Assembly: GCA_964413645.1 (NCBI GenBank) | Contig: CAYPSA010000007.1 | Coordinates: 3,621 to 67,620 of the forward strand | Length of the DNA stretch: 64,000 bases | Direction: 5' to 3' | DNA from: an uncultured Gammaproteobacteria bacterium | GTDB lineage: Bacteria; Patescibacteriota; Microgenomatia; UBA1406; HO2-37-13b | Shown: piece by piece, positions 63,620-64,000 of the stretch | Layout of the letters: every line of letters begins with the position of its first letter | How positions within the stretch are numbered: the stretch's first letter is position 1 | Translations under genes and position numbers: made by a program | Notes under the pieces: model-generated | Databases searched by the model: none | Told to the model about the DNA's origin: nothing | The model's input: the letters and a program-made list of their open reading frames with translations, nothing else

Positions 63620-64000
63620 ATGTTTTTACTTATACCAATTGCATTTCTATCCGGAGTACTTACTGTGTTCTCGCCATGCGTACTACCAATACTTCCAATA
63701 ATTTTAACCAGTGGAATCGATGGTAAAATATGGAGAATCAGAGGGGTAATTACAGGACTCGTCGTGAGTTTTACTATTGCTTCTTTACTTCTTGCAACAA
63801 TCGTTAGAGCATTTGGTATATCGGTTGATATTATTCGTAATTTCGCGGTAATTCTTCTCGTGATATTTGGCCTAAGCATGTTGTTCCCTATTATTTGGGA
63901 AAGGGTACAGGTTTTTATAGAAAACCATTGGAGAGTGCGTCCAATTCAGAATCAAGGTAATGGATTTGGTGGAGGATTTATAACAGGTATGAGCTTGGGC
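63620..64000 (+). CDS. ccdA: Cytochrome c biogenesis CcdA/DsbD-like transmembrane electron transporter (3' end outside window)
   Basis: Not in the ORF track because it is open to the window end. Translation begins MFLLIPIAFLSGVLTVFSPCVLPILP.., with the conserved Cys in TM1. Confidence 0.8.
   Translation, partial: MFLLIPIAFLSGVLTVFSPCVLPILPIILTSGIDGKIWRIRGVITGLVVSFTIASLLLATIVRAFGISVDIIRNFAVILLVIFGLSMLFPIIWERVQVFIENHWRVRPIQNQGNGFGGGFITGMSLG

Noticed and set aside
63610-63879. Minus-strand 89-aa ORF
   Set aside because: It is antisense to the clear CcdA-like gene, which is open from ATG 63620 to the window end.
1-64000. CRISPR array or other regularly spaced repeat array
   Set aside because: The hairpin doublets and the GTCATT-type repeats are dispersed singly or in pairs, with no constant repeat-spacer periodicity. 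No cas genes are present apart from a stand-alone Cas4-like nuclease.
1-64000. Alternative genetic code (for example UGA recoding, as in some CPR lineages)
   Set aside because: TGA terminates several well-defined genes at the expected protein length (ftsE, the VanZ-like gene, the nucleotidyltransferase, the sigma factor). Conserved proteins are not interrupted by in-frame TGA.

Overview
This is a 64-kb, AT-rich window, estimated by eye at about 35% GC (not computed). It uses the standard genetic code, since TGA ends ftsE, the VanZ-like gene and others. It is densely packed with about 75 protein genes on both strands plus one tRNA-Gln(CUG). I found no rRNA, CRISPR array, integrase or prophage. 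The housekeeping set is reduced: ftsEX, rpmH-yidC-jag, valS, obg, ychF, uppS, tkt, murT/gatD, msrA/msrB and an archaeal-type ATP-dependent DNA ligase. It is mixed with many secreted or membrane proteins, several of them orphans I cannot place (lamin-tail-domain protein, two CAP/SCP proteins, a YYY/DUF2298 protein, three T4SS-pilin-like proteins). This content suggests a Patescibacteria/CPR (Microgenomates-like) genome, which is inference only.

Main second-look items:
1. A Y1/HUH transposase-like gene (RAYT-like) is bracketed by inverted 23-nt hairpin repeats. The same hairpin occurs elsewhere as 42-nt doublets wedged between outward-facing extended -10 boxes.
2. More than 20 genes have a -10 box only 5-10 nt upstream of the start codon, which points to pervasive leaderless transcription.
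3. A surface-protein cluster (5966-13827) contains a 1292-aa tail-anchored orphan with a poly-Gly/His tail, a Cys-rich protein fused to a pilin-like C-terminus, and a 562-aa polytopic membrane protein.
4. A dispersed family of nested-hairpin repeats (GTCATT[CT][TC]GA heads) occupies intergenic regions and lies in frame inside valS and ychF.
5. A Doc toxin gene is paired with an unannotated 44-aa basic upstream ORF.
6. A 43-nt element is shared upstream of two unrelated promoters.
7. An OmpR-type regulator lacks the phospho-acceptor Asp.

All functional calls come from motif recognition by eye. No database search was run.
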